From: Nitrospirales bacterium
GTDB taxonomy: Bacteria > Nitrospirota > Nitrospiria > Nitrospirales > UBA8639
Length of the DNA stretch: 64,000 nt
Direction: 5' to 3'
NCBI GenBank assembly: GCA_965203295.1
Contig: CBDBCZ010000017.1
Span: forward strand, 160,001-224,000
Shown: positions 1 to 56,949 of the stretch, in pieces
Position numbering within the stretch: the first letter of the stretch is position 1
Layout: each line of letters starts with the position of its first letter
Notes under the pieces: generated by a model
Databases searched by the model: none
What the model saw: the letters and a program-made list of their open reading frames with translations, nothing else
Told to the model about the DNA's origin: nothing
Translations under genes and position numbers: made by a program

Positions 1-83
1 ACTACTGCTTTATAAACACTCATGCCTTTCTTATATATAGTCTATACATGTATAGGTAAATCCATGCTGTATAACGTACAAAC

Positions 84-537
84 TTCCTTCAAAACAGGAG
101 TACTTTTCTCCGTCTCAGCAATGATTTCCCATGTTGATCCGAGCCCAGCAGGGAAGGGACCAAGTATGATTGTTGTATTTGACATATCAAAACTTGCGCC
201 AATAGAATTTGATGCAGGGTATACAAACATCACAGAAACATTGGTACGAAGGACTTGCCAGGCTACATGCGCATCTGTCACACGAGGGAAATCGTTCTTG
301 GTGAATACTATTACTGAAAAATCGGTTTGTTTAGTAGCATTGACAAACTTGATGGGAATGTCGGTAGTCGTCATTGCTGTCAAGAGTGCACTAATTGTAA
401 AAAAAAAATAACAACAACACATTAGAAGCAATAACAGGTATCTGTAAAGCCATGCACTGAAGTGGAAAATAATACAAGTTATGCATGTACCTGCTTCCAG
501 TCGTTAATTCAACTGAAATTAGTCTCTTCGTAGCCAT
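84..537 (-). CDS. Uncharacterised beta-rich protein, paralog A (5' part; 3' exon probably left of the window)
   Basis: Exon 537-491 (ATG GCT ACG...AG|GTAC) splices in frame to exon 390-84 (T-rich tract, TTAG acceptor), giving MATKRLISVELTTGSSALLTAMTTTDIPIKFVNAT...VAWQVLR...GPFPAGLGSTWEI...PVLKE. Clearly paralogous to 59157-59483; both have the donor GTTTGTAC at about the same position. Confidence 0.7.
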
Positions 538-1628
538 GGGTTCACATAGCAATTTCCCATTAGCAGTTGCTCACAAATTTAATCTGTGTCTCGAAAAGCG
601 GTTATGGCGTGACACTTCATTGATTGCTTAATAGTCACATTGTTAAAGTCATGGATAGTAGTATTGCCTTTTAATTGTAATTAGACTAATGTCTGTCTAG
701 TGGCAGCATACTGGCTGCTGCTGTTTTTCAAATATTAAGCTTCCAAATAAGCTTGTGATACCAGGCAAGAGTTTATGGCAACGTGCGAGCACACTAGTAC
801 TGCAGACATCGATGTTGAGTGAGTGATTCAGGCTGCTTGTCTAAGACTATGCTAAAATCAAAGCTTCGAAAAGAACGGGAGTAAGCTGTGTCAGATTGGT
901 ACATTCTCATCAGTGAATGATGTCATGAATGAGCATTCCAACTACGTGACATATAACAGTAATTGTAAATACCATTAAATTTTACCAAAACTGAATACGC
1001 GAATGACCAGACTATACTTTCCTGACAGAGGCAGTCGAAAGTTAGTCTGGCCAGCGAGACTCAGATACATGTCTTACCTATATATAGCACAATCAGTGTA
1101 GGTGATCTCCAACCTGAACTGTTGCAGTTGTGTGTATATAGGTCTGTCAGGCATGTGAATAGAAGAAATATATATGACTCTACATAATCATGACTCACAG
1201 TCACACAAGTATATGCAGGAAGATGACAGGGATTGCCTCAAACCACAGTGTGTAGCAGCCATACCATAAATAGTCTCGATATCGGCCCTAATCAGGGCGG
1301 CGATCACTTGCAGTATCCCGTTTCTGGGTGGGATACTGCAAGCGATCCCCACCCTGATTATAGGGCCAGGCTGGTATCGAGACTAACCATAAATACAAAA
1401 CGTACCATAGCCAACGTTATTTCCATACCATCACTAAGAGCCATGTATGATGCTGCTGAGAAGCTAGATAGCTACCACCAACTGAAGCTTAAAAATTAAA
1501 GTCTTGGCTAAGCAGGGAAAGGTCACTCCCATAGACTCTGCAGTCACAACTACGACCACTATTAGTCAATGATCATGGGTCAAAGCCGCTCCAAAGGGTG
1601 TCAACAGTCAAAACACGTACAAACGGTC

Positions 1629-2541
1629 TAGTCTCGCGAGCCAGCCGGTTTTTTACCCCGCGGCGCGTAGGCGGCGGCGGGGTTAAGCAATCGGTTCTGT
1701 CTGTCTGTCTGTCTGTCTTTCTGTTGTCTGTCTGTCGCCTCAAAAATGGGTTTTTCTCGCGCTTTACCGGGTTAAGCGATTGCTAAACACGACAGTAACA
1801 TTGAAATCAAAAAAAAATGTCCGGGTGTGTACCTCATAGTTGCCAAAGCGGTTCCATTCGCTGCATCTGCAGCTCTTTCTTATTTACATTCTGCCAGAGC
1901 GGTTGCAACTACGTCACGGTTATGACGTCACGTAAACTTCCGTGTGGCAAAAGAATAACAGTGGTTCAATGGCAGCCGAACGGAAGTTGCTGCTGTAAGC
2001 GCGGTGTAGGTGGCTGATTTGTTGAGTTTATCCAGCATAGTCACTTCGCCATAGTACTAATTGACATACTAAAAGCGTAAGTTGCTATTTGCTTGCGTTT
2101 CAAAGATCACTGTAGAACCTACCACTCTTTTGCCACACGGAAGTGTTTAGTGCACGGAAAATAACGTTTGGTGCACGGAGTGTTGCAGTGTTTTACGGTC
2201 GTGACGTCACCTGCAACCGCTCTATAGCTATACGGTCACAACTAGAATGCGATAGAGGCCGGGAATATACGGACTCTGGTCACGTGTTCATATTGGCAAT
2301 CAGTCACGCCCACAGATACGCATACACGAGCGCTGTACACTCTGCGTGCGGATACACAGCCAGTGATATACATGTACACTTTGCCAACTACTCCATCGAC
2401 CCAGTCTGCAGTCGCGCCAGGTCCAAGTTGTGAATTATGCACCGCGGGGTATGTCTCTGCTAGAGACTTCTAGTTTTTTGTTTTTTTTTGGACGGGTTTT
2501 CGCCCAAAAAAAAAAAGAAAAACCGGCTGGCTCGCGAGCTA
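1629..2541. mobile_element. MITE with 9-bp TSD (Mutator-like), interrupted by a DINE/HINE-like insertion
   Basis: TIRs TAGTCTCGCGAGCCAGCCGGTTT / AAACCGGCTGGCTCGCGAG-CTA; direct repeat CAAACGGTC at 1620-1628 and 2542-2550. Confidence 0.75.
1651..2473 (+). mobile_element. Non-autonomous Helentron/DINE-1-like element (HINE)
   Basis: 5' TTTTACCCCGCGG and 3' CCGCGGGGTA subterminal inverted repeats, (GTCT)n tract near the 5' end, 3' hairpin GTCTCTGCTAGAGAC then CTAG-T; inserted in a T run. Confidence 0.7.
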
Positions 2542-3707
2542 CAAACGGTCAAATTATGCTGAAAACACCAAGTCACAGTGTAGAATGGACGGACAAATAC
2601 ATAACAAAAGACTAGCCTCGTTTCCAGCTTACTCACTTCGTAGCTCACTCGTAGTTCACTTGCCCTTGTAGAACGTTTAGTTTAATTGGTTCAATAAGGT
2701 CATAAACATAATTTAAGAGCATTCCTACCCTATTGAGCCGCGGGCACGGCTGCAACGGCATTTACCGCGGCCCGCGGGCATAATTATGTCTGTCGCGGCG
2801 TTTAATTATACACTTGCGCAAATTATTAGTTTATTAGTTTATAGCTATAGTGCTAGTGCGCGGCACTGCGTGACGTAATGTGTAGTCTAGCGTGCTTGAT
2901 CGTTAATTTAAAAGTTGAAAAAATTTCCTAGACTGTGTACAGTGTTTTGATCCTTTCATACCGAGCTTAATACTCACCTCATGCAAGATCTCAAGCTTTG
3001 ACTGCCACTTGCAGCTGGCCTGCCGCTAGGTCTGCCCCAGTGAACGCTGAGGTAAGAGCTGTGGATTGATAACAGGCTGTTGTTTGTCATACAGTCTTTG
3101 TGACGGTAGTCAGTAGTTAATGTAGTAGCATACCCCTTGGTAAAGCCCGACTGAATGAATCAACATGAGCAACCATGTCTCAATTACCTCCTGGACTATT
3201 CTGTAGGATACCTGACTCCCGGAAGTGGGTGTGGTCTACAGTTAAGGGGCGGTCACTCCCATTGCCGCTGTAGTCACAACTGCGACCGCAGTCGGTCAAT
3301 GGTCAACGGTCAAAGCCGCTCAAGAGGGTGTGGTCAACGGTCAAAGCGCGCTCAGAAATATGGTCAACGCTGACAACGGCAGGTCGCAGTGCGGAATAGA
3401 TGGACTCGTATGCAAGAGCAACATTTTGCAGCTTGTCACTCGAGCGCGTTTTGGTAGACTCGGATCGAGTGGCTAGCTTTAGGGAAAGTCCCTCACAATC
3501 GACGGTAAATATTGTAGAGCGGTCAACGAACGAAAATGAACGCGGTCAACGGTCATTTAATGTGCAATAATGCAAACCCTTACGAATAGTATATATGTAC
3601 ATGTAAGTGTGTGATTGATTATTGAATATTTCATTCCAACAGATCTTGGCCGTCAGCATTGATCATTACTGCGCAACAAGTGACACTATACCGTTCATCA
3701 CTGCAAC

Positions 3708-48767
<45,060 letters not shown>

Positions 48768-49683
48768 AACAATTTCGTTAAACTTCACTAGTGACGAAGC
48801 GGCTGTCCTTTAATCTATTACACTGGCTGTAGCTTTGATCCTATATCGACAGAATGTGTTCAGACATTGTATCCAAGCTCCTCTTTCACTCTACTTGTAT
48901 ACATTTCAAATTCAGCATCAGCAACAGCAAGATCACAGGCAGGTACTTACTTTGACTGTTAGCGGAATGTGTTTATTACTTCCTGCATTTGCAATTCCCA
49001 AAATTGAACTATTTTAACCCCATTATACGATGTATTATTTCAGTCGTATAGTATCATCAGTAATACTATTACATTACATGGTGCAACTATTCAAGAAATT
49101 TTATTTTTAAAAAGATGACGTGAACTTACGTTGTCTAGATAACACATAGTGGGCACAAGCATGGGAAACAGGCAATCTGCCATAGCCTTGAAAATCACAT
49201 TTCTTTTAGGCCTTTCAGTGTAACGTATTTTGTGTCCATTTCAGCACACAGTATACTCTTTTACCAAGGGTCAAATAGTGACATATTACCATAATTATAT
49301 AATAAACTTATGTACATTGCATAGTAAGGATATACATGTACATGTGACAACTATGAGGTACATTACCTGTGATGACGTGTATCTAGATATGGGCCCAATT
49401 AAGTATATGTGGCATAGTACAGATGATCAGATGATATGGTACATATAAAGAACAAAATTGATTGCTTTGGTATAAATACATGTGCTGTACATTACATACA
49501 ATTCAAGAGATTTATCAGTAGGTTGGGGTGCATCTTGGAGTCAAAGATGATATGGTACATATATAGAACAAATTGATTGCTTTGGTATAAATACATGTGC
49601 TGTACATGACATATACAATTCGAGAAATTTATCAGTAGGTTGGGGTGCATCTAGGAGTCAAAGAGTGATCATGACAGTTCGAC

Positions 49684-50828
49684 CTATTTTCTGTGAGCCT
49701 CAGAGATTTTCTTCTGCTGTTTCTGCTGATACTCCCGGAAATCTCTCAGAAGCAGTTCCTCCTGCATGATTGTAGACATGCACACATCCATGAGACAGCA
49801 GCAAAACATAGCATACACGTCAGCTATAGTGCTATGCATGTGTGCAATAATTTAGTATGTGCAGTGAGCACACTGCATAATGCTGTTGACATGTACGAGA
49901 TCAATAACTTTAAACTGGCAGACATACGAATATATCGTGCACTGCTAAATATAGAACCTTCATGTATAGAGTAAATTATGATCTGTGCAGTGTCATACAA
50001 GCTATGAATTTCAAGGAATCTGGATAATTGGTGTACGTAAAACAGTGCATGGATCATGCTTACGTATGCAGGTATTATTGTAAACACACTGCAGCACTAG
50101 TAGCACTGTGAGACTCAGTGCAATCAATAGGTATTAAGTGATACTTTAGCGAATGTGTGCTTGCATGGACTGGCACTATATGCGTGATTGTACGTACTAC
50201 TTACCAGTGAGCTATTTCCTCTGTCTGGATAGCACAGGTCAACCAGCTCCATGAACACTCTTGCAAAAAACCGTAGAAACCGCCTCTTCAACAGTTCTAC
50301 ATCACTGAGTTCATACTGGTAGATGTTCCTAAAGCTACGAAGGTGTAGGGTGACAAGCTCAGTGCTAGCGAGGCTACCATCGCTAACATGGGCCACTGTG
50401 GAGCTCACATCGTACAAGCGGGATATATCACCCTGTTCCAGAGTAGTCAGATCGCCCCTCATAGTTGGACTCAAGCCAGCAGGTACCAAACCGTTTGGCA
50501 CACACCCACTTGCGTCCACAGACGCCTCCACGTCTAAGGCAGCCCGGAGTAGTTGGTTATCGGCGGGATCCACGCTACTTTCCACGCACGCCCCACGACC
50601 GCTCGCTTTGCCAGTGTTCTCCTTGGACTTGTCCGACTTGCTCAACTTGTCCATTCCCAACCCTTTCGCGGAGAAAGTTGACGAGGCAGAATCTGGGCCG
50701 ACTTTCATGCTCACAAACGCGGTAATAAAAGCCTCGCAGCTCCCCTGAAATTGTAGATACTGTTCTTCTTCGCCCTCGTAGTACAGCATCGTAGATTTCG
50801 CTTCTTCTAACAACTGAGGATAAGCCAT
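49684..50828 (-). CDS. Uncharacterised 2-exon protein (about 233 aa), possibly a highly divergent Bcl-2-related protein
   Basis: Exon 50828-50205 (donor CTG|GTAAGT) joins exon 49761-49684 (ATGCAG|GAG...TAG) in frame: ...DRGNSSL|EELLLRDFREYQQKQQKKISEAHRK*. Long ORF with coding-like composition; the family call is weak. Confidence 0.7.
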
Positions 50829-50835
50829 TTTTTCG

Positions 50836-50945
50836 GCCTTTTATATACGACAGGAGTCACATGCAGTCACAGGACACAAACTGCTAACTCGCGATGGGAC
50901 AACCCCCGGGTAAGCACCCAAAAAGAGGCGTGCCCCTATAAAAGC
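50836..50945. promoter_or_regulatory. Candidate bidirectional core promoter
   Basis: Minus-strand TATATAAAAG near 50838-50847 and plus-strand TATAAAAG at 50937-50944 flank an imperfect kB-like GGGACAACCCC at 50896-50906. Confidence 0.4.
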
Positions 50946-51148
50946 TGAACTTTGCCCCGTGCGTTTTAGTATTTTATTTTTTCGGCGGGAGTTGCAAGAA
51001 TCGTTCTCGAGTAGATTATTTTGTACGATTTTAGATCTGCGTCTGCTCTGTAAACTATATTACATAGCTGTAGGTCTAAGCCTACAGATGTAACATCTGT
51101 CCGAAATCGACCGTGAAACGCAGCATAAAAGTCTTCTGCTCGAGACCG

Positions 51149-51568
51149 ATGGTCAGTTCAATTGGCAGTTTATTAACAATCGCAGAAGAAATGGAAGCAA
51201 TCGCATACCCCGATCCCACCCTAGAGTGGGAGATTGAGCAGCCCGCCATATTCCCAACAGACATTACAGAGAGTGACCTTAAAACCCGGCTCATTGCCGA
51301 ACGGCTGAAATGTATCGGAGACAAACTGCAGCAACAGTACAGCGAAGAATACCTCAGCAACATCATAACCCCGTTCGCATTTGGATCTTTCCAAATTGGT
51401 GTCAGAAGCATCATCATCTCTGCACTGAACGCCCTCCGCGGTTCCTTGCCTGTGAGCGTGCAACGGCAAGTCAGACGAGTATGTAACCACGCCTACCACC
51501 TAATCGAGACGCTGGCGCTAGAGGGAGCCAAACTCTTCGAGGCTTTGAGCCTAGATACCTTTGTCTAG
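51149..51568 (+). CDS. Short BH3-motif protein (139 aa), truncated Bcl-2-family paralog
   Basis: ATG 51149 to TAG; BH3 IAERLKCIGDKL; downstream helices align with exon 2 of the 53048 gene; no NWGR, BH2 or TM. Confidence 0.75.
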   Translation: MVSSIGSLLTIAEEMEAIAYPDPTLEWEIEQPAIFPTDITESDLKTRLIAERLKCIGDKLQQQYSEEYLSNIITPFAFGSFQIGVRSIIISALNALRGSLPVSVQRQVRRVCNHAYHLIETLALEGAKLFEALSLDTFV

Positions 51569-52921
51569 GCCTTGAGTGAGTGATCATGACTTAGACAGTC
51601 ATGCAGAAGCACTGACTCTTCAACAGTATATCCATGATGCACTGTTGCGGCAGTTGACGTGACGTTAGTCTCTGTTGGCATCTGAATTGTGACACCGAAG
51701 AAGCTATAATTAATGGCTACCACCATGCACACATCAGTCTGAGTATAACGTTATCATATACTCTAATATAGAGAGCTAATGCCTTAATATCTCTTTGCTG
51801 TGTATATACATCATTGCCTGTACATGTATGTAATGTACTCAAAAATTCTATTGTCAGTATATTTTATGTATAAATATTCAAGAATTGAGATCAGAATTTA
51901 AGTACAGTTCTTTTCAGATGTTTTGGGCAAAACAGTTGGCGACATGTATAAAATCCACTGCCACATCTAGGTTTGCAAGTCCTTTGCTGTGATTAGCTAT
52001 GGGGGTGAATAATGCTCAAGTACGTAGCTACCTGCTGGAAGGGGAGGGAATTAACTGCTTCTACAATCATATTACACATCTTTATTGATATTTACAGTAT
52101 TCACAAGCTTATATGTGTATGCGTGTCACAAAAATTAATCATTCATATAGTCTATACATTCTCCTGTAGCTACTATAACTGTGTAGGAATATAATTATGC
52201 TGCAAGCTACATGACATGCACTCATTGATAAAAGCATGCACTCTGCTAAATCAGTTAAAGTGACATGCATGCCCAATATAATTATACTGTAAATAAACAT
52301 AATACCCAAGCCAGCTATATTACTCTTACATGAGACCCTTCTCATGCACAACAGTGGGCTTCCCACTATAGCCTGCATATACATAATTGTAGGTGCTTGT
52401 TCGTATGTAACGACATGCAGCTAATTTATAACATTGCTGGTTGCTTGTGGAAACGCTGTGACTTCAGTAACTAAAAAGCCCCCATAGCTGAGACTACTAT
52501 ATAGTCACATGCATGGCCACAAGTTCATGGACATACGATGTGTCGTATTAGCATATGTACAAGAGTGCACAATAATACAGCAAAAAAAACTCATAAAATG
52601 CTTTGCAAGGAAAATTGACAGGAAATCTGGCATCCCAGGTGCAAGGTAGTATAGACTAGGGCAGAATTTCATGAATTTAAAGATTTTGCCTACATGTATC
52701 CTATACATGTACTACCCTGTACCTGAAATGCCAGATTTCCTGTCACATTTCCTTGTAACGCATTTCAGGAAATGACACTTTATTCACTGTGTTCCCAATT
52801 TTACAACTGAGTAGCTAACTTTCATTGTAGTAGGGCATCAGGCAGGCTATTAGCTATCAGCAGGAAAAAAGGTTATGTGGCCTTACCGTCACGGTTCCAT
52901 GTAACAAGCCTACCATGCTCA

Positions 52922-53024
52922 TGACGTCACCTGCAATTATAGCACATAGGGGGTTCCCCTCGATTATGCCTGCCCAGTCTAGTCAAGTACATGTATTCCT
53001 GTGTATAAGAGGTAGTTTCGGTTT
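52922..53024 (+). promoter_or_regulatory. Candidate promoter of the multi-BH Bcl-2 gene
   Basis: CRE TGACGTCA 52922-52929, kB consensus GGGGTTCCCC 52950-52959, TATAA 53004-53008, ISRE-like AGTTTCGGTTT 53014-53024; ATG at 53048. Confidence 0.45.
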
Positions 53025-53047
53025 GAATTAACGCTAGGCCTGTTAGT

Positions 53048-56000
53048 ATGGAGTGTAGCAACGATCAAAGTTCAACGGAAGGGAGTAAATGTTCAGGAAA
53101 TGGATTAACCTTCGTCTCTACCGCCTGCAAGCCAAAGCACAAAAACAGATTAAGGAGACATCGCTCTATGGAAGACATACCCGCCGACCTCAAGTCCACA
53201 CAGCACTCTACTATTTCGATTTTCTTGGAATACGCCAGGAACAAAAGTCTGCCAAGAGTTGATGATGCAAATGAAGACACTCTCGAGCCCATGTCGATAG
53301 AACCGCGAAGAAGGAACCGAGGTATCAGGAGACAGCAGAGTGAGCCACACGGCCGCGGAGAGCCACAAGTTCGAGTCGTGGTAGAGACTGACACTCTCAG
53401 AGAAACCGCCGCCAGCGAACTCGCTGAGATGGATCCAGAAGACGGCGAGCAGCTACCCCGCGACACTACTGCCAAACCCAGACCTTCCACTCTGTTGCTT
53501 AGTGCTTCCGTAGCAGGAGCCAGCGGGGCCTCCGACAAAGTAAAGCCCTCCTCACCGAAGCACAAAAGAGTGCCTTCAAACTGCGAGTCCACAACGACGC
53601 CCGTACCCGACCCGCCCCTTTTTTCGCCGGCCAGTTTGAGCGCCCTGGAAGCCACTTACCCTCCGGCGAGAGACAACTTCAACCGCTCTCGGAGCAGTTC
53701 GTCCCCCTTACCGTTACCGTACGGCTGGCAGAGGCACCAAGTAGCTCTGGGTGCGAGTTCCGGGCAGCTAGAGGTAAGCACTGAAAGTTAATTACGGAGG
53801 ACGTTTATACATATAGCTACTTGGTAGCATGCTTAATATGCAGCCGGCGAGAAGTAGATAATAATACGCCCGTACGTTTGCTGCAGAACTTGAGATGTTA
53901 CTAATATTGTTTACGTTGTCAGTTTGTGGCAAAACAAGGGCACAGCATGCTTCCATGTGCTTTTGCATGCTAGTTTTTGTATACTTCATCAGTTTTTAGC
54001 ACAACCCATGAAGTGAGAATTTATTAACAGCAAACAGCATTTCAATGCTGCTACAATTTAATGGTGAACAACTGCCAACTCATGTTAGCATATAGCCATT
54101 GGCCTAATTAATTTAACATTCATGCAGTTGCATTTTAGGGATTAATCTTTAACTATAATTGCTCTGTAATTGAAGTATTATGAATATTGTGTTTTTATTA
54201 TGTTTTTATTATGTATATAGCTACCGGGAATGGATCCACAGAACGCTCGGATTATTGCAGAGAGATTGAAGATTATTGGAGACAAACTTGAGCAAGAGCA
54301 TGGCGAGGAACGCTTGAGCAGCCTTGTGAACTCCTTTGTATCATTCGGTGTCGACCAACCGATCACTATCACCCGATTTTTGAGACTTCTGCGCAATCTC
54401 AGGAGCCGCCTCAACTGGAAGAAAGTGAGTGAGGTGTTTGTCGTGGGATACCGGCTGCTGGAGATTATGACACAGGCGACAACGAAACCGTTTGAGGACG
54501 AGCGGTGGTGGCTGTTTGAGAGACTGTGGGACTTTATGGTGAACACGGTGGCGAGATGGGTGATGGAGAATGGAGGATGGGTAAGGCAAGTTTTATATGC
54601 ATTCTTGATGATCAAAATCTTAGATGTTGAAGAGTATAATATACTCAAGTTTGGCAGGGTTAAAATTTACATTTGTGACTGTTATACAGTTGGACAGATA
54701 TGCTCCTATCTTACTAATGTGAGTACATGAACATAGACTGTATGTGGGTTACAGAGTATTTAATTAGCTGTCCAGGATCAAGGTAATAGTTGATATAATT
54801 GTGCACCCTTACATGTGCCTCCTGGAGTCCTGGTCCATTGACTATGGTGTAAACAGCATAATTTTATTAGCCTATAAGTACTACTCCACTTAGACAAAAA
54901 GCTTGTCATATGTGCAGTCATAACACGTTGCCGAAAACAAAACAAAAGCAATAACAGTGATTGCAAAGTTGTCATGACAGCACATAGATCAAAGCTACAA
55001 CATCATCTCCTTTGATGTGCTTTATCGGATTAGCAGAACAGCTACATGTGTGCCCGTGTTTCCTGTAACGCATTCTTGTAAACATGATTATACTGTTGTA
55101 GATACCCACTCAATTTTTATAAAAATTCTTATAACCTGAAGTGTGTAGGTGTGTGTATATAGTAACCATACTGGGAGTAGCTGACTGTGCGACAATTTGT
55201 CCACTCACAGTGCCTGTAAATATTGGCTGGCTTCTTATGTACAAATTTGGCGACAGTGTTTGCACTCAGGCAATGTGACATCACTAATTATCCCATAAAC
55301 AAAGAAATACTACACGTAGTACTCAGTTGACCAAGTGTCTTGTGCAAATATGACAAAGTGTATTATACTGACATGTGGCATTATAATAATTCAGTGTATA
55401 TACACATATCGTTTGTTCCACAGGGAGCATTTCTACTGGCAACAGACCATTTTGAATCTGAGCCGGCCAGCCACCACGTTGAAAGATCTCCCAACAGTCC
55501 CGCAATAGCTGCAACCTCAAGGACCCGTCTCTGGAGCCTCTCGGAAAGTGGGAGCATCGTGGACGAGGATGGAATATCGCTTTCGGAGACCATTACGGCT
55601 AACAACGAGGGCAGCGGGGTGTGTGAGGCTTCCGCTTCTGGAGAACTCTTGGCCAGTCCCCCCGGTAGCACCTTGTCTTTGGAACACGACAGCGGTATCG
55701 TCTCCTCCATGGAACACTTATCTCTCGACACGCAGGACACGGAAGGACACTTTGCATCAAACTCCTGTACCAGCGTCGTCAGCGAGTCTCAAGGTTCAGA
55801 GGCCCAGGGACTGCAGGCGGAGGGTGACCCGTTAATGGGTGCGGGAACAGCCACCTCACCTACTGATGAGTCTGACAGTGAGCCTCAGCTGTTTGATCGC
55901 AATCGGACTCGGAGTCTTCCCATTAGGGGCAGGAGTGCTAGACCCAAAATGCCGCGGAGGGCTTCGGAAAGAGCACTTGATGGTCTGCTCTATACCGTCA

Positions 56001-56059
56001 ATATCGGAGTCAGTGCTGCATTCGTGTATGCAGTAGTGAGTTCCCTGCTGAACAAATGA
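53048..56059 (+). CDS. Multi-BH Bcl-2 family protein with C-terminal membrane anchor, about 573 aa, 3 exons
   Basis: Exons 53048-53773, 54221-54580, 55424-56059, both introns phase 0. BH4-like STISIFLEYARNK, BH3 IAERLKIIGDKL, BH1 variant LNWKKVSEVF, BH2 WVMENGGW|GAF with the family-typical intron after GGW, TM GLLYTVNIGVSAAFVYAVVSSLL. Confidence 0.88.
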
Positions 56060-56949
56060 ATGTATATATCGTCGGCCACTATACCCTGTGTATATGGAAC
56101 TGTTGTATATGACTGTCTGTTGTCTATGTGTGTGATTCGTACATTTTCTTCGAAGTGAATGCTGCATTCGTTTATGCAGTAGTGAGTTATCTGTCGAACG
56201 GATATCATCGGACAATATACCTGTGCATGTGTTGTCTTAATTGCTACATGTCTCTGTTGTCTGTGTGTGTGATTCATATGATTTAATCATTCTTTCTGAA
56301 TTCTTGACATAACTGTTTATTGGACCACCTTAATGTTTATACTCAGAACAGCTATTCATTATGATCACCAAGCCATCATAATTATTTATCACCAATGCAC
56401 ACGACTGCCTTAATTTACAGGTTTTATTTCAACTACTGTATTTATTGCGACTGTATACAGTGACAATCACTATCATTGTATGCCATTATTATTATTATAC
56501 GTACGTCCTGCTTGTCTTCTGTGTTGTGTCTGTATAATAATGCCCTGTCATGGTTGTTGCCACAACAAGCAAATGTACTTGTTTAGTGTATAATACATAA
56601 AAAATGGTAGCGGCTAGCCTCATTCCCAGGCCTCCGCCCCAGCTTTTGCTGCTTGCGAAAGCTGTGGAGTGGAGGCCAGGAAGGTGACTAGTAAACAGCT
56701 TAGAAGCATAGCGGGTTAACTCAAAGGCCGAAATAAATATTAATATTTGCACAATCAATGCAAGTACGTATATAAAAAAAGCCATGATATATTATTTGCA
56801 TGAGAATTATATACTCATCTGCTTTTGAGCTTTTAGTAGTCTTAGAGGACATACATGGAGAGATTTAACACAGTTACAAATTTCTGACTTCATACGTATA
56901 TAAATTCCTATTATATACAATCATGTATATAGGTGTAATCGAATAATCA

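Noticed and set aside
50323..55835. Antisense and alternate-frame ORFs over the Bcl-2 cluster (e.g. 53065-53655, 51082-51417, 54178-54648)
   Set aside because: Shadows of the real coding frames.
55424..56059. Assigning BCL2L13 orthology with a mitophagy LIR motif
   Set aside because: Architecture is similar, but no clear W/F/Y-x-x-L/I/V LIR in acidic context was seen and orthology needs a tree.
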